Below, piece after piece: positions 37,232 through 47,339 of a stretch of 64,000 nt of DNA (its first letter is position 1; each line of letters opens with the position of its first letter). The position numbers and the translations under genes are program-made. The stretch comes from a phage, in sequence record PZ151149.1, one strand, 5' to 3'. A model generated the notes under the pieces. The model was not told where the DNA came from, searched no databases, and saw nothing but the letters and a program-made list of their open reading frames with translations.

Positions 37232-37810
37232 TTACCACCTTTCTATAATCTTTTTAAGTCGTTTCCTTTCTGTCTGATTCTTAGTAACACCCGCCAAAAG
37301 TTCATCGGTCGCATACGGTTTAATGTGCTTCAATAACTTGTCCATATATCCCTTTTCATTAGCCAAATCGAGATAAAATCGGGCGTCATCCATATTTACA
37401 CAATATGCTTTCGCCACTGCCATTAAAACCAATTTTTGGTCCAATTCTTCTGTTAGTTTAGCCCATTTACCGTATCGTTTCCCCTTAGAAATACTCTGTA
37501 AGAGATAATCAAAGTGCATTTGATCTGGGAGGCCATGACCGATTAAATTCATCACATACGCGCTATATAGACAATCTGCGTGCTGGGAAAGAGCGGTGTT
37601 AATCCATCTCTGGTTATATGCAGAATTGTTTCCCACATTAACGCGCTGTTTATCTAAGGTGATATGATCCATCAGAGCAAATAATGCATTGTCGGTTTTC
37701 TCGGTGAATGTGTCCGCTAATTCAGACACTTTTTCCCAATCACGAGAGCGCCATGCAATTTCATGCTCGTTTAATTGTGTATCATCTTCACCGAAAAATT
37801 GACCTAACAT
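37232..37810 (-). CDS. 62: clamp loader small subunit
   Basis: 192 aa (T4 gp62 187); immediately downstream of gene 44. Confidence 0.8.
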   Translation of the reverse strand: MLGQFFGEDDTQLNEHEIAWRSRDWEKVSELADTFTEKTDNALFALMDHITLDKQRVNVGNNSAYNQRWINTALSQHADCLYSAYVMNLIGHGLPDQMHFDYLLQSISKGKRYGKWAKLTEELDQKLVLMAVAKAYCVNMDDARFYLDLANEKGYMDKLLKHIKPYATDELLAGVTKNQTERKRLKKIIERW

Positions 37811-38799
37811 TATACGAACTCCAATTCAACCATTAATTGCATTAACAAAAAGACAATGTGAATCTCTTTATCAGCCGCGTGTGCAAACATCTGATTATTT
37901 TCACCGATGATCTCAGTGAGACGAATAATCGACGCTGGCTTAACTTGAGTATATAACTCATTATAAAGTTTCTTGACAAATTGAGCGTATGTATTGGTAT
38001 ATCGTGGCGCAAGTTTACGCACATTAGCAAACTGTTTAGTTTTAAGTGCTTCCACCACATCGGTTACTTCGGTATTGCTACTTTCGATAACCATGCTCAA
38101 TACGCCAGCATCAATTTTACCGTGTTTTGCGTAACGGTCCAAAAGTTTCATTACGCGCCGGAAGTCTGGGAAATTTTGCTTAACCAGTTCCGCTAATACT
38201 CGCATCTCTTCTACTGGCACACCTTCTTTATCAAGAATTGCTTTACACCGGACGATCATTTCTTTCATCATGCGAAGCTGATCATCTTTAGTCGGAGATC
38301 CAAACGTGATGGGGTCAAATCTAGATCGCAACGCTGGGATAATACCTTCTAGATCATTTGCTGTAATGATGAACGTCACATTGTTTGAGTATGCCTCAGA
38401 GAAACTACGCAAGTGTCTTTGAGCATCAGCCAGCCCCGCTCGGTCATACTCATCGATAATAACAACTTTGCCTTTTTCTCTTTTTTCTTCATCGAGCGAT
38501 ACACTCTGCGCAAAGCGTGTAATCTCATCGCGGATAAAATCAATCTTACAATCTGCGCCGTTAACAAACAGATAATCAACACCCACATCTTCGCAAAGCG
38601 CCTTAGCAACGGTTGTTTTACCAGTACCCGGCGATGGGCTATGCAGGATCATAGAAGGGATTCGGCCTTGCTTAACAATCTGCGCGAAGATCTTTTTATC
38701 TGCTTCCGGCAGAATACATTCAGAAATTGATTTCGGACGGTATTTCTGTTCCCACTGAAACTCATTTTCATTAACACTCAGCATATAATCACCTCTCAC
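37810..38799 (-). CDS. 44: clamp loader large subunit (AAA+)
   Basis: 329 aa; Walker A SPSPGTGKTTVAKAL; blocks EQKYRP, IIDE.DR.GLA..QRHLRSF.EAYS match T4 gp44. Confidence 0.9.
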   Translation of the reverse strand: MRGDYMLSVNENEFQWEQKYRPKSISECILPEADKKIFAQIVKQGRIPSMILHSPSPGTGKTTVAKALCEDVGVDYLFVNGADCKIDFIRDEITRFAQSVSLDEEKREKGKVVIIDEYDRAGLADAQRHLRSFSEAYSNNVTFIITANDLEGIIPALRSRFDPITFGSPTKDDQLRMMKEMIVRCKAILDKEGVPVEEMRVLAELVKQNFPDFRRVMKLLDRYAKHGKIDAGVLSMVIESSNTEVTDVVEALKTKQFANVRKLAPRYTNTYAQFVKKLYNELYTQVKPASIIRLTEIIGENNQMFAHAADKEIHIVFLLMQLMVELEFV

Positions 38800-38850
38800 A
38801 AATTACATCATTAAAACGGGGAGTATTTACACTCCCCCACAAACATTATA

Positions 38851-39543
38851 TTAGTCGGTGTAGCTGGAGTCAAGGTCACACGCGATCATATAAGATACGG
38901 TTTCACTTGCCAGCCATACAGCTTTACGGCGAGTGAAGCTCAATTTGTAATCGCCGAAGTCAGTAGCAACCAGTTTCATATTATCTTTACGAATAAAGAA
39001 ATGGAAGTCGGCGGTTCCGGCATATTCGCCCATGTCAAGACAAAACATCTCATTAGGATTATTTTTGTCAATCTCTTCCCAACCTTTGATCATCAGACGA
39101 CCATCAATCGGTAGAAACTCAAGGCGATCCACTTTAAGCTGATTGCTCATTTTCATAAGCTGTTTCAGATCGTCGTTGCTCAGTTCGTAATCTACATCGC
39201 TTGCAGGTGGAGTAACTCGGCCTTTCGGTGATACGATAGCAGCAGCACTAGCACCAGGGTAATTAATTTTCAGACGATCATTAGACACACGAATGTTACC
39301 AGTGCGGTCATCAACCGTAATATCTGCTTCATCGCCTACCAGATTCAGAATACCCAGGAAAGAGTTAAGATCATAGATCCCGATTTCGTGTTCCAGTTCT
39401 TGATTCAGAGTCGCTTCACCATATACAACGTTTGTCATGTTTTTGGTGATCAGGACGTTTCCTTTTTTCAGGATGATACCTGGGTTAATAGCGGAAAAGT
39501 TTTTAAGGATCGCAACAGTTTCTTTAGTTAGTTTCATATTCAA
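38851..39543 (-). CDS. 45: sliding clamp
   Basis: 230 aa (T4 gp45 228); N-terminal MKL.K.T.A.LKNF..IN.GI.LK and IYDLN.FLGIL.LV blocks. Confidence 0.85.
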   Translation of the reverse strand: MNMKLTKETVAILKNFSAINPGIILKKGNVLITKNMTNVVYGEATLNQELEHEIGIYDLNSFLGILNLVGDEADITVDDRTGNIRVSNDRLKINYPGASAAAIVSPKGRVTPPASDVDYELSNDDLKQLMKMSNQLKVDRLEFLPIDGRLMIKGWEEIDKNNPNEMFCLDMGEYAGTADFHFFIRKDNMKLVATDFGDYKLSFTRRKAVWLASETVSYMIACDLDSSYTD

Positions 39544-39577
39544 ATCACCTTATCATGTTAATCAATTAATCAATTAA

Positions 39578-39976
39578 TTATGGGTTTACTGCGTGTTCGT
39601 TACGAATCTTGAGCATTTTGTTTTGGAAGTTTTCCGCAGCTTGCTCATCAATAGCATGAGTATACTTAAATCCAATGTATGCTGTCAAGTATTGTTGCAG
39701 AGCATAGACAGTAACAGGATTCTTTGCGGTCTTCTTACCTTCGAGATATACCAGATCACCACGAACATCAAACGCAAGTTTACGACGAATCACATTATCA
39801 ACAAACTCATCAACAACAAAATGCCAAATGTTGCTATCGGTTCCAATATCAAAATTAACCACACAACCATGTTTGACATAATCAAACGGTATCGGGAATA
39901 GTTTATAGTCAAGTTCGATAAACATTAATTGTTCTTTTAAGCTCATACGTTTCATTCTATCACTTCCCATCAGCAA
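39578..39976 (-). CDS. hypothetical protein
   Basis: 132 aa; true start may be an internal ATG near 39955. Confidence 0.45.
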   Translation of the reverse strand: MLMGSDRMKRMSLKEQLMFIELDYKLFPIPFDYVKHGCVVNFDIGTDSNIWHFVVDEFVDNVIRRKLAFDVRGDLVYLEGKKTAKNPVTVYALQQYLTAYIGFKYTHAIDEQAAENFQNKMLKIRNEHAVNP

Positions 39977-40352
39977 TTGCGATCAGACGAGTTACTACTA
40001 CGCTAGCGGCTTCAATCAGCAGTTCATCAGTGTCAATCTGATAACCCTTTTCGAGAATATCTTTACCTCGAATAGTTTTAGCGCCTTTAGCAATTGAATC
40101 ATCGTAATATTTGCGCATTGCCGCGATCCATTCTTTTTGCACCATATCATCAATATGCGCGTACAGTTCAAAGCGTGCTTGCTGCGGGATAACCTTCATT
40201 TTAGCTTTCTCGCTTTCCGGCATTTGTAGTACCCACGCTTTACGGATCTTGTTCATTGCTCGGTCAAATTCGAGACTGGTTTTCTTGTTCTGAATGTCTG
40301 CTACAGTAATTTTAGCCAGGTTTGCGGAAGTAGTCATAATATTAATCTCCAA
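39960..40352 (-). CDS. hypothetical protein (RpbA-like by size and position)
   Basis: 130 aa between genes 46 and 45, where T4 has rpbA (129 aa); no sequence match verified. Confidence 0.45.
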   Translation of the reverse strand: MEINIMTTSANLAKITVADIQNKKTSLEFDRAMNKIRKAWVLQMPESEKAKMKVIPQQARFELYAHIDDMVQKEWIAAMRKYYDDSIAKGAKTIRGKDILEKGYQIDTDELLIEAASVVVTRLIAIADGK

Positions 40353-40367
40353 AATAAAATCAGTATA

Positions 40368-40598
40368 TCACGTTCTAAAGTTTGTTGCAACCCCAGCATC
40401 AGGGTAATCAAGTTTATCAAAGTTGGGGACCAGCATAAACTCATGATGACGACAAGACAACATTTTTGTTATGTCTTCATCGCTGTATATGCTGTTTTTC
40501 ATATCCCCCATACTAACTACATATTCTTCACCGGAATATAGATTGATTAAGGTATACAATTCTAACTCCGGCTGCGTTACTCTGTCAAATGTTAACAT
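40368..40598 (-). CDS. hypothetical protein
   Basis: 76 aa ORF overlapping the gp46 stop. Confidence 0.4.
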   Translation of the reverse strand: MLTFDRVTQPELELYTLINLYSGEEYVVSMGDMKNSIYSDEDITKMLSCRHHEFMLVPNFDKLDYPDAGVATNFRT

Positions 40599-42282
40599 TC
40601 ATTTCAGTGAATCGCCCACGTTTAACCATCTTGAGATGACGGCTAAAATCATCAGGGTTATGGTCACGATGGCTGATAATATACACGTTATCATCTAACT
40701 TGTCAATGATGGAATCAAGTGCTTTTACGCCTTGAACGTCCGTAGCCCCATCATAAATTTCGTCGAGTACCAACAAAGAAATATTAGTACCAGATACTTT
40801 ACCAGCAACATCACGCCATGTAAAGAGCATCGCAAGGTCAATACGTGCTTTTTCGCCTTGACTGAATGATGTATACGAAAACGATTCACGCCCCCGTGAT
40901 TTGATTGTTTCATTAAACTCTTCATCTAGCGTAAAGATATAATCCGCTTCCATGATATCAAGATAATATGCAATCCGATCATTGAAATATGGAATATATT
41001 TCTTGACGATAGACGCCTTAACACCGGAATCCTTCAACATTTCTGTTACAAATCCACGGTGATATTTTTCAAGAACTAGCTTTGATTTTTCGTTAGTGAT
41101 CTCTACCAGTTCGTGTTCCAGTTTAGCAAGTTCTTCGGAATTGTCAACCCTTTCTTTTTGTAATTCCTGAATTGCTTTCTGGATCTGTTTAGCACGACCT
41201 ACAGATGCCGTTAAATTCGCTCTCTGTGACTCTATAGCGCGTTTAATTTCCAAGACCTTAGTTTGTGCTGTCTGAAAAGAATTGGCCTTCTCTGCGTATT
41301 CTACGCGTTTCTCGTCAATCAGAGACAGTTTATGTTCTGCTTGTGCTTTTTGTTCGCGTACAGCCTGATCATTACCCTGAATGATCGGTTGTGTACACGT
41401 CGGACAAACCCCGCCTTTCTCGTGCATATGGATAACACGATCAAAGTTCTGGATCTGTGCCCCAATCTGTGCGATAGCCGTATTAATTTTAGCCAATGCC
41501 GCGCTGGGGTCTTCCGGCATAACAACAGCCAATAGCTCATCGGTCAAGCGCGTTTCTTCGGCTTTAAATGCTTTAGCCGATTCTACCTCTTTATCATACA
41601 TATTCTGTAAACGCTGGAGATTCTCGGCACTCGCCTTGCTAGCGTCTTCTATGTACTTTTTATGAGTGTTGATTTGTTGCTGAACGTGATTAGCTTTCAT
41701 TTCCTGCATTTGGATATTCTGGGTAATCTCGCGCACATATGCTTTATTCAGTTTATCCATTTCGCCTAGCGTAGCAATATCAAGCAAATCCTCGACCAGC
41801 TTACGGCGACCCGCTGCCGGAAGACTCATAAACGGAACATAACCAGCAGTGCCTAAAACAACGATCTGTTTGAAGCTGGCTAGATTCATGCCTATGATAC
41901 CTTCAAAATATTCCTGAAAGTCTTTGGTGCTTGCGCTCTCGTCGATCTTTTGACCGTCGCGATACACTTCGAATACTTCCGGCTTTTGTCCACGTTTAAT
42001 ATAAAATTCTTTCCCATCCAGTTCAAACCAGACTTCGACTAACAGTTTCTTTTTGTTGACGCTGTTAATCAATTGGCCTTTCTTGATACTACGAAACGGT
42101 TTACCGAACAACACAAAGCAAAGCGCCTCGATCATTGTTGATTTACCAGCACCGTTAACACCAGTGATTAGTGTCTTTTTGAATCCGTCTAGCTGAATCT
42201 CTACAGGTTCAGCACCTACGCTCATTATATTTTGATAGCGCAAGGTTTTAAAATTTAACTTTGCCATTAAGCCACTCCGCAA
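40585..42282 (-). CDS. 46: recombination endonuclease subunit (Rad50/SbcC-like)
   Basis: 565 aa; Walker A GVNGAGKST; coiled-coil middle with CPTC hook; C-terminal FTLDEEFNETIKSRGRE.FSY.SFS.GEKARID.A.LFTWRD as in T4 gp46. Confidence 0.9.
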   Translation of the reverse strand: MRSGLMAKLNFKTLRYQNIMSVGAEPVEIQLDGFKKTLITGVNGAGKSTMIEALCFVLFGKPFRSIKKGQLINSVNKKKLLVEVWFELDGKEFYIKRGQKPEVFEVYRDGQKIDESASTKDFQEYFEGIIGMNLASFKQIVVLGTAGYVPFMSLPAAGRRKLVEDLLDIATLGEMDKLNKAYVREITQNIQMQEMKANHVQQQINTHKKYIEDASKASAENLQRLQNMYDKEVESAKAFKAEETRLTDELLAVVMPEDPSAALAKINTAIAQIGAQIQNFDRVIHMHEKGGVCPTCTQPIIQGNDQAVREQKAQAEHKLSLIDEKRVEYAEKANSFQTAQTKVLEIKRAIESQRANLTASVGRAKQIQKAIQELQKERVDNSEELAKLEHELVEITNEKSKLVLEKYHRGFVTEMLKDSGVKASIVKKYIPYFNDRIAYYLDIMEADYIFTLDEEFNETIKSRGRESFSYTSFSQGEKARIDLAMLFTWRDVAGKVSGTNISLLVLDEIYDGATDVQGVKALDSIIDKLDDNVYIISHRDHNPDDFSRHLKMVKRGRFTEMNVNI

Positions 42283-42511
42283 TCACACATTCCATAATAT
42301 TAAATGCTAACACATCTTCATCAATGTTGTAAACACTTGCCGCCTTCACTTTAACTAATGTGTCTCTGCGATCTGGCAACATGATCACATAATCCAGTGT
42401 CGCCGGATCATATGTCATAAAGGGATCAACATAAATCCCTTTATTCAATGCCAGATATTCGCGAAGACCTTCTATAACCCTGTGTCTAAGGTAGGTCATC
42501 GATAGAATCAT
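42248..42511 (-). CDS. hypothetical protein
   Basis: 87 aa ORF. Confidence 0.45.
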   Translation of the reverse strand: MILSMTYLRHRVIEGLREYLALNKGIYVDPFMTYDPATLDYVIMLPDRRDTLVKVKAASVYNIDEDVLAFNIMECVIAEWLNGKVKF

Positions 42512-43104
42512 TTTAGTTTATGTTCCTCTAAAAATTCTTCAATTTCACCTTGCAGGTCTTCCGCTTGTTGTTCCAGAATATCGCGAAATTCACCTACCGT
42601 CAAGCGGTGATCACATTTCACCAGTCGATGCGGGAGAATATACCCTTTATACATTGTCTCTGACGCTTCCAGGAATACCCCACTATGCATGACAGAGATC
42701 CAACCTGTTAACGTCAATGGAGTATTCGGAAAATAATACTTGCTGGATTGTTTCCACTGTACGAAAGCACCATATACAATCGGATTATATTCACCAACCA
42801 CACTCTTAATAATGGATTCTACTTTGTCTTTTACAAAGTCGCCAATGTCCATAGTTACCATCAAATCCTGTGGATGAATCACTTTAAGGTAACGACGATA
42901 ACCGTCATCATACCACATCTTAACCACTGGCTGACCCCACATTTTAGCAATACGCGCTTTCAGATAGCCATAGATCGGATTCTTGCAATGTGATTGTTTT
43001 AGTGTGTATGTGTGCACCAATTTAATAAAATGTTCCATTACCAACCAATCAGAATCAGCCGCGACCATAGTCGTATTCATAATATGTTCCTCGTTCAATC
43101 TCAT
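42508..43104 (-). CDS. hypothetical protein
   Basis: 198 aa; true start is probably an internal ATG, since the track start overlaps the upstream ORF by 50 nt. Confidence 0.45.
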   Translation of the reverse strand: MRLNEEHIMNTTMVAADSDWLVMEHFIKLVHTYTLKQSHCKNPIYGYLKARIAKMWGQPVVKMWYDDGYRRYLKVIHPQDLMVTMDIGDFVKDKVESIIKSVVGEYNPIVYGAFVQWKQSSKYYFPNTPLTLTGWISVMHSGVFLEASETMYKGYILPHRLVKCDHRLTVGEFRDILEQQAEDLQGEIEEFLEEHKLK

Positions 43105-43372
43105 ATTGTTTCAGGTCTTCTAAAAGTTCATCCACTGCTTGTTTCAGCACATGACGCAGCGTAAAGTAATAGCTTTCATCAAATTCTATTTCCGCGCGAG
43201 GAATAGAGCGAATCTTACACTTAACAGTAGTATCGGTGAGTCGCTTTTCGACCATCATCCGAACTTCTTCATGCTCTTTAGAATACCATACATCAACGGA
43301 GATCCCCTTACGTCGAGCAAACATAGGCAAAGCTGCATTAAATTCTACTACTTTTTGTGCAAGTGTTTTCAT
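43055..43372 (-). CDS. hypothetical protein
   Basis: Start taken at ATG 43372 (MKTLAQK...), which removes the overlap with the upstream ORF. Confidence 0.45.
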   Translation of the reverse strand: MKTLAQKVVEFNAALPMFARRKGISVDVWYSKEHEEVRMMVEKRLTDTTVKCKIRSIPRAEIEFDESYYFTLRHVLKQAVDELLEDLKQYEIERGTYYEYDYGRG

Positions 43373-43373
43373 T

Positions 43374-43619
43374 TTACATACTCCACGATTCACGAGCAAT
43401 AACATTCTGGGTAATATCAGCAACCTTACGGGATACGATGTTTGTTAGCCCCTCTTTGGTGATATTTTCACGATCAAATGGGATTTCGTCATGAGTCCAT
43501 AAACCATAGTTAGACCGAAATGATAGCATATACTGACCATCTCGCACAACCTCAAATACATGGATCTTAGTGAATTTCGACAAACCTTCGTTGATTTCTT
43601 TCAGTGCATTAGTAATCAT
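43374..43619 (-). CDS. hypothetical protein
   Basis: Start taken at ATG 43619 with GGAGG SD (track start was TTG 43631). Confidence 0.45.
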   Translation of the reverse strand: MITNALKEINEGLSKFTKIHVFEVVRDGQYMLSFRSNYGLWTHDEIPFDRENITKEGLTNIVSRKVADITQNVIARESWSM

Positions 43620-43642
43620 AACAACCTCCAATCAATTTTTAG

Positions 43643-43674
43643 AGAGTATAACGGGGATTTCTCCCCGCGTCAAC
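43643..43674 (-). promoter_or_regulatory. early promoter with stem-loop (PeSL-like)
   Basis: TTGACG, hairpin CGGGGA-gaaa-TCCCCG in the spacer, TATACT; the -35 overlaps the gp47 stop. Confidence 0.55.
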
Positions 43675-44699
43675 TAACTTTTTGCGTTATTTACTTCGGC
43701 TAAAAGTTCATCAGAAATACGCTTGACCGCCGCAAGTTCTTCCGGTTCTAGGTTTTGTTCTTCCAGATATTCATAGACCATCTGAATAGTGCTTTTAACT
43801 TCAATAACACCTGTTTCCTGTGATGCGCTACTCTCCAGCTTATGGACCACTTTTAGCTTGTGTACAACGGCCTCTAACGCGCTTTCTAACTTAGTTAATC
43901 CATTATCAGCGACCGTTGCGATAAGACGCACACTAAGCCCTTTAAAGCGTTCTACATCGATTTTATCATCTGACGGGTAAGTGATACGCACATGATAAGT
44001 TTTGTCATTCTGAATAAACTCTTTTTTGTGTGTATCGGTATCGAATACCCAAAAACCACGCGGATCGTTTTCGTCACCCGCCGTTAGTGTGTATGGTGTA
44101 CCAATATATGTTACGTTACCGCCATCACTGATAGTATGAAAGTGACCCGAAAACACTTCACGGTATTTCTTTAGGAAGTCCGCGCTATAACCTTCGGATT
44201 TTAACCCTTTATAGAAATAGTAGCCAGACAATTCCCAATGGCCTACACAATATTCGCTGAATGAATTTTGAATAAACTCTAAAACCTCTGATTTATTATC
44301 ATCACAAAACCACGGGAACAGATCGAACGATACCCCATCAAAGGTAACTGTTTCCGGCTTATCAATGACCTTAATGCAATCATACTGGCTTAACACTTCA
44401 CGCGGCGCGTTAGGCTGGATCTTATTGCGCTTAAACATATCATGATTCCCGACCGTGATATAACAAGTAATGCCAGCCTCTTCCAGTAATGGGATGACCT
44501 TAGTACGGTTAAATTTCATGGTTTCATGGGTAATTGCTTTTCGGCAATCAAACCAATCCCCTGTTTGAATCCATGTCTTAATATTATGCTCTTTGGAGTA
44601 TTCAACCGCTTTCTTGATGGTATCAAGAATATACTCATGCACCCACGGATCATCGCCACCGATACCAGTATGCAGATCACCTAAAAGCAAAATTTTCAT
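43674..44699 (-). CDS. 47: recombination endonuclease subunit (Mre11/SbcD-like)
   Basis: 341 aa (T4 gp47 339); MKIL.LGD.H.G, VGNHD, CVGHWEL.G.YFYKG, GHFHTIS, GDENDPRGFW blocks. Confidence 0.9.
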   Translation of the reverse strand: MKILLLGDLHTGIGGDDPWVHEYILDTIKKAVEYSKEHNIKTWIQTGDWFDCRKAITHETMKFNRTKVIPLLEEAGITCYITVGNHDMFKRNKIQPNAPREVLSQYDCIKVIDKPETVTFDGVSFDLFPWFCDDNKSEVLEFIQNSFSEYCVGHWELSGYYFYKGLKSEGYSADFLKKYREVFSGHFHTISDGGNVTYIGTPYTLTAGDENDPRGFWVFDTDTHKKEFIQNDKTYHVRITYPSDDKIDVERFKGLSVRLIATVADNGLTKLESALEAVVHKLKVVHKLESSASQETGVIEVKSTIQMVYEYLEEQNLEPEELAAVKRISDELLAEVNNAKS

Positions 44700-44739
44700 A
44701 GTCTCTTCCTCTCTTCGTTTTCGATGCTCTCACTATATC

Positions 44740-44767
44740 ACAGAAAAATAAAAAGGGAAACCCTTTT
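44740..44767 (-). terminator. rho-independent terminator
   Basis: Minus strand AAAGGG-ttt-CCCTTT followed by TTATTTTT. Confidence 0.5.
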
Positions 44768-44789
44768 CAGAGTCTCCCTTATAAAGCCA

Positions 44790-45077
44790 TTACAGCATAC
44801 TTAATACCGTTTGCCGTGTACTAATCCACATAGCAGAAAGCAGTTCTGGCGTGTGTGGCTGTTTGTAGATATCACGTAATTTTCCGATAGCGTAGATATA
44901 CGCATCACGATTATCATCGATGATAGCTTGTTCAGCCCACCGCTTAAGGCGTGCAATCTCTCGCGAGTTCTTACGCAAGATCTTTTCCGCTTTCTTAGCG
45001 GCTTTAGCCTCTAGTTCTGCTTGAACTTTGTCTACTTCATTCACTGCAATCTGGTCATGCTGTTCATTGCAAGTCAT
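44790..45077 (-). CDS. hypothetical protein
   Basis: 95 aa, coiled-coil-like, basic. Confidence 0.5.
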   Translation of the reverse strand: MTCNEQHDQIAVNEVDKVQAELEAKAAKKAEKILRKNSREIARLKRWAEQAIIDDNRDAYIYAIGKLRDIYKQPHTPELLSAMWISTRQTVLSML

Positions 45078-45078
45078 A

Positions 45079-45312
45079 TTATTTTACCTCTGGGATATAA
45101 TCAATTATTAAAGAAAATTCATCTTCTGATACATTATAGCTATGTGAGATTGTACCCGTAAAGACCTCAAGATCCGGTGATTTGATATTGCAAGGATCGA
45201 TAATCACCGGAACGCCGCAATCTCTCAAAAATAATTTGGCGAAATACGGCACGAGGTCAGTTTCAAACTCTGCTTCTTCCAGCAAACGGGAAATGTTAAT
45301 TTTCAATCTCAT
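45079..45312 (-). CDS. hypothetical protein
   Basis: 77 aa ORF. Confidence 0.45.
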   Translation of the reverse strand: MRLKINISRLLEEAEFETDLVPYFAKLFLRDCGVPVIIDPCNIKSPDLEVFTGTISHSYNVSEDEFSLIIDYIPEVK

Positions 45313-45829
45313 AAAATTGGTCCAGGCTAGGCAATTCCTCGGTCAATACATCTTCAACCTTTGGCGCTTTCGGTTTATTGACCGATTCCTCGTAGTTGTT
45401 GATTTTATCGTAAATGTCCTGTATGAATGCCTCATCCGCAATCTGGCACATATCAGCGTCGCGTTCGTCATATACATGATGCACAAAATATTTGTATTTT
45501 GCGGCTGTCGCTGTTCTCTCTTTTTTAATGCGCTGTACAAAAGCATTAAAGCACGCTTGCGTGATGTAAGCATGAGGATTTTTATACTTTGTCTCGTCAA
45601 AATTAATCAAACCCTTGACCGCCGCTTCGATTCCGTCGTCGATCATTTCTTCGCGCCATGTTTGACTATAACCAGAAAAGTTAAAACGACGTGATAGATT
45701 TTTAGAGATTTGCATAATTGCTAGGCCGATTTGATCGCTCATTGGAACTTGCCGACCTTCTGCTGCAATTTGTTGTTTCCAACGGCAAATTTCTTCGTAA
45801 AGCTCTTTATTGTTTACATAATCAGACAC
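45296..45829 (-). CDS. 55: late-transcription sigma factor
   Basis: 177 aa, GTG start with GAGGG SD; long blocks [51 protein letters not shown] and FIQDIYDK...YEES match T4 gp55. Confidence 0.9.
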   Translation of the reverse strand: MSDYVNNKELYEEICRWKQQIAAEGRQVPMSDQIGLAIMQISKNLSRRFNFSGYSQTWREEMIDDGIEAAVKGLINFDETKYKNPHAYITQACFNAFVQRIKKERTATAAKYKYFVHHVYDERDADMCQIADEAFIQDIYDKINNYEESVNKPKAPKVEDVLTEELPSLDQFYEIEN

Positions 45830-45869
45830 TTCGCACCCTCGCTATTATTTAGGAAATAACCCTTTCGGG

Positions 45870-47339
45870 CTATTCCCCATTACCATTATACTTTCTTTGC
45901 TTAGTTATCCACACTCTAACCATCTCTACTGATTCACCGTCAGACGGATCAAGAGTTTTTCCTTTTTTCTTCATGCGATACTTAAATCCGTTAAATCTTG
46001 CATTCTCTTGCTCGTTAAAGTCGAACATCTTTTTAAATGATTTTCGCCCTTTACGCTCACCACATTCTAGCGGAATCATTCGGTCTGTTATTACATTGGC
46101 ATTAGGTAGAAACGTTTTTAGATAATCCACCAAAGCCCAATCAGGAACATATAGATTAACATTCTCCTTGCTATCGTTGTCTCTCAGGTTACAACGCAAA
46201 CATAATTGAAATGCTGGTTCCAGATAATCAGACACATGACGCGCTTTCAAAAACTCGTTTGTCGGGAGATCACAACTATTAGCAAGACCTTTTAAAATAT
46301 CAATCTCCCATCGTTGAGGGTTAAAGCTGAACATCACAGCAACATTTTTATGATGAATGTAAGAGTTAAGACCATAAGATCCGTAAGGTATCCGCTCACC
46401 AATACCATTTGTGCACGCTTCACGGTCCCGATTCACTGTATAAATGAAGTTATCACCACATTCATTTTTAACCATATCAACAAGACGTTCAAAGGTATTG
46501 TTTGTTTCTGACTGGTGACGCGACCATCGTTCGGAGTCCGTCATAAGGATGATGTTAACTCTATCTGTATTTTTATACTCTTTGAAATATAGTCTGGATT
46601 CTAGCGCACTCGGAACAAAATCGCAATTTGCATAGTATCGTAGATACTTCCCACTATATGTATCAAAGAGATTTGCACATGCTATCGTAACCTTTTTAAA
46701 GTCTCCCCATGTACCGTGTTTGTTATCGTTCAAGAAAACAATTTTCGACCCATTCTTCCGGTGTCCTTCGTTATGTTTTACCATAACGTTGATTTTCTTC
46801 TCTAATAACGCCTCATAAAGCCCTCTAAGAGAAGAATCGATCATATCAGTACCATCCTTTGCACTTTCTATCTTTTCTTTGATAGCGGCCTTCTCGGAGT
46901 CTTTTAGAACTAAGTTCTGTAGACATTCCGATTCGTCGGCGATTGGTTCGCAATGCTTCGTGATAAGTTCAAGATTAGACTTAAACGGATACTCATTAAA
47001 TTCAACCAGTTGAGGAACTTCATCAATGTAAAGCGCATAATCACCAAACATTTTTGAACGTTCCATATTAGATAACGCTGTATGTGTAATGAATATCACA
47101 TCAGCACCATCTTTAACTGATTGCATTATCGACGCTTGCACTGTCTTAAGGCTTCTTAGTCTTGTGCTATCAATCAAGACAGCACGACCGCCCATTCTTT
47201 TAAACTTATTGTAAGATTGTTCACTTAAAACACGAGATGGCGAAGCAATAACCGCTTTTTCTTTTGTCTCTAGGACGTGGGAAAGTATAGCATCAGTTTT
47301 CCCCGCCGCTGGCAATGCGATTAATGTTTCAATCTTCAT
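45870..47339 (-). CDS. P-loop ATPase, function unknown
   Basis: 489 aa; Walker A LPAAGKT near the N-terminus and Walker B-like LYIDEV about 90 aa later; no T4 counterpart recognised. Confidence 0.55.
   Translation of the reverse strand: MKIETLIALPAAGKTDAILSHVLETKEKAVIASPSRVLSEQSYNKFKRMGGRAVLIDSTRLRSLKTVQASIMQSVKDGADVIFITHTALSNMERSKMFGDYALYIDEVPQLVEFNEYPFKSNLELITKHCEPIADESECLQNLVLKDSEKAAIKEKIESAKDGTDMIDSSLRGLYEALLEKKINVMVKHNEGHRKNGSKIVFLNDNKHGTWGDFKKVTIACANLFDTYSGKYLRYYANCDFVPSALESRLYFKEYKNTDRVNIILMTDSERWSRHQSETNNTFERLVDMVKNECGDNFIYTVNRDREACTNGIGERIPYGSYGLNSYIHHKNVAVMFSFNPQRWEIDILKGLANSCDLPTNEFLKARHVSDYLEPAFQLCLRCNLRDNDSKENVNLYVPDWALVDYLKTFLPNANVITDRMIPLECGERKGRKSFKKMFDFNEQENARFNGFKYRMKKKGKTLDPSDGESVEMVRVWITKQRKYNGNGE

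Noticed and set aside
45182-45694. 170-aa plus-strand ORF
   Set aside because: Antisense to gene 55 and neighbouring genes; shadow ORF
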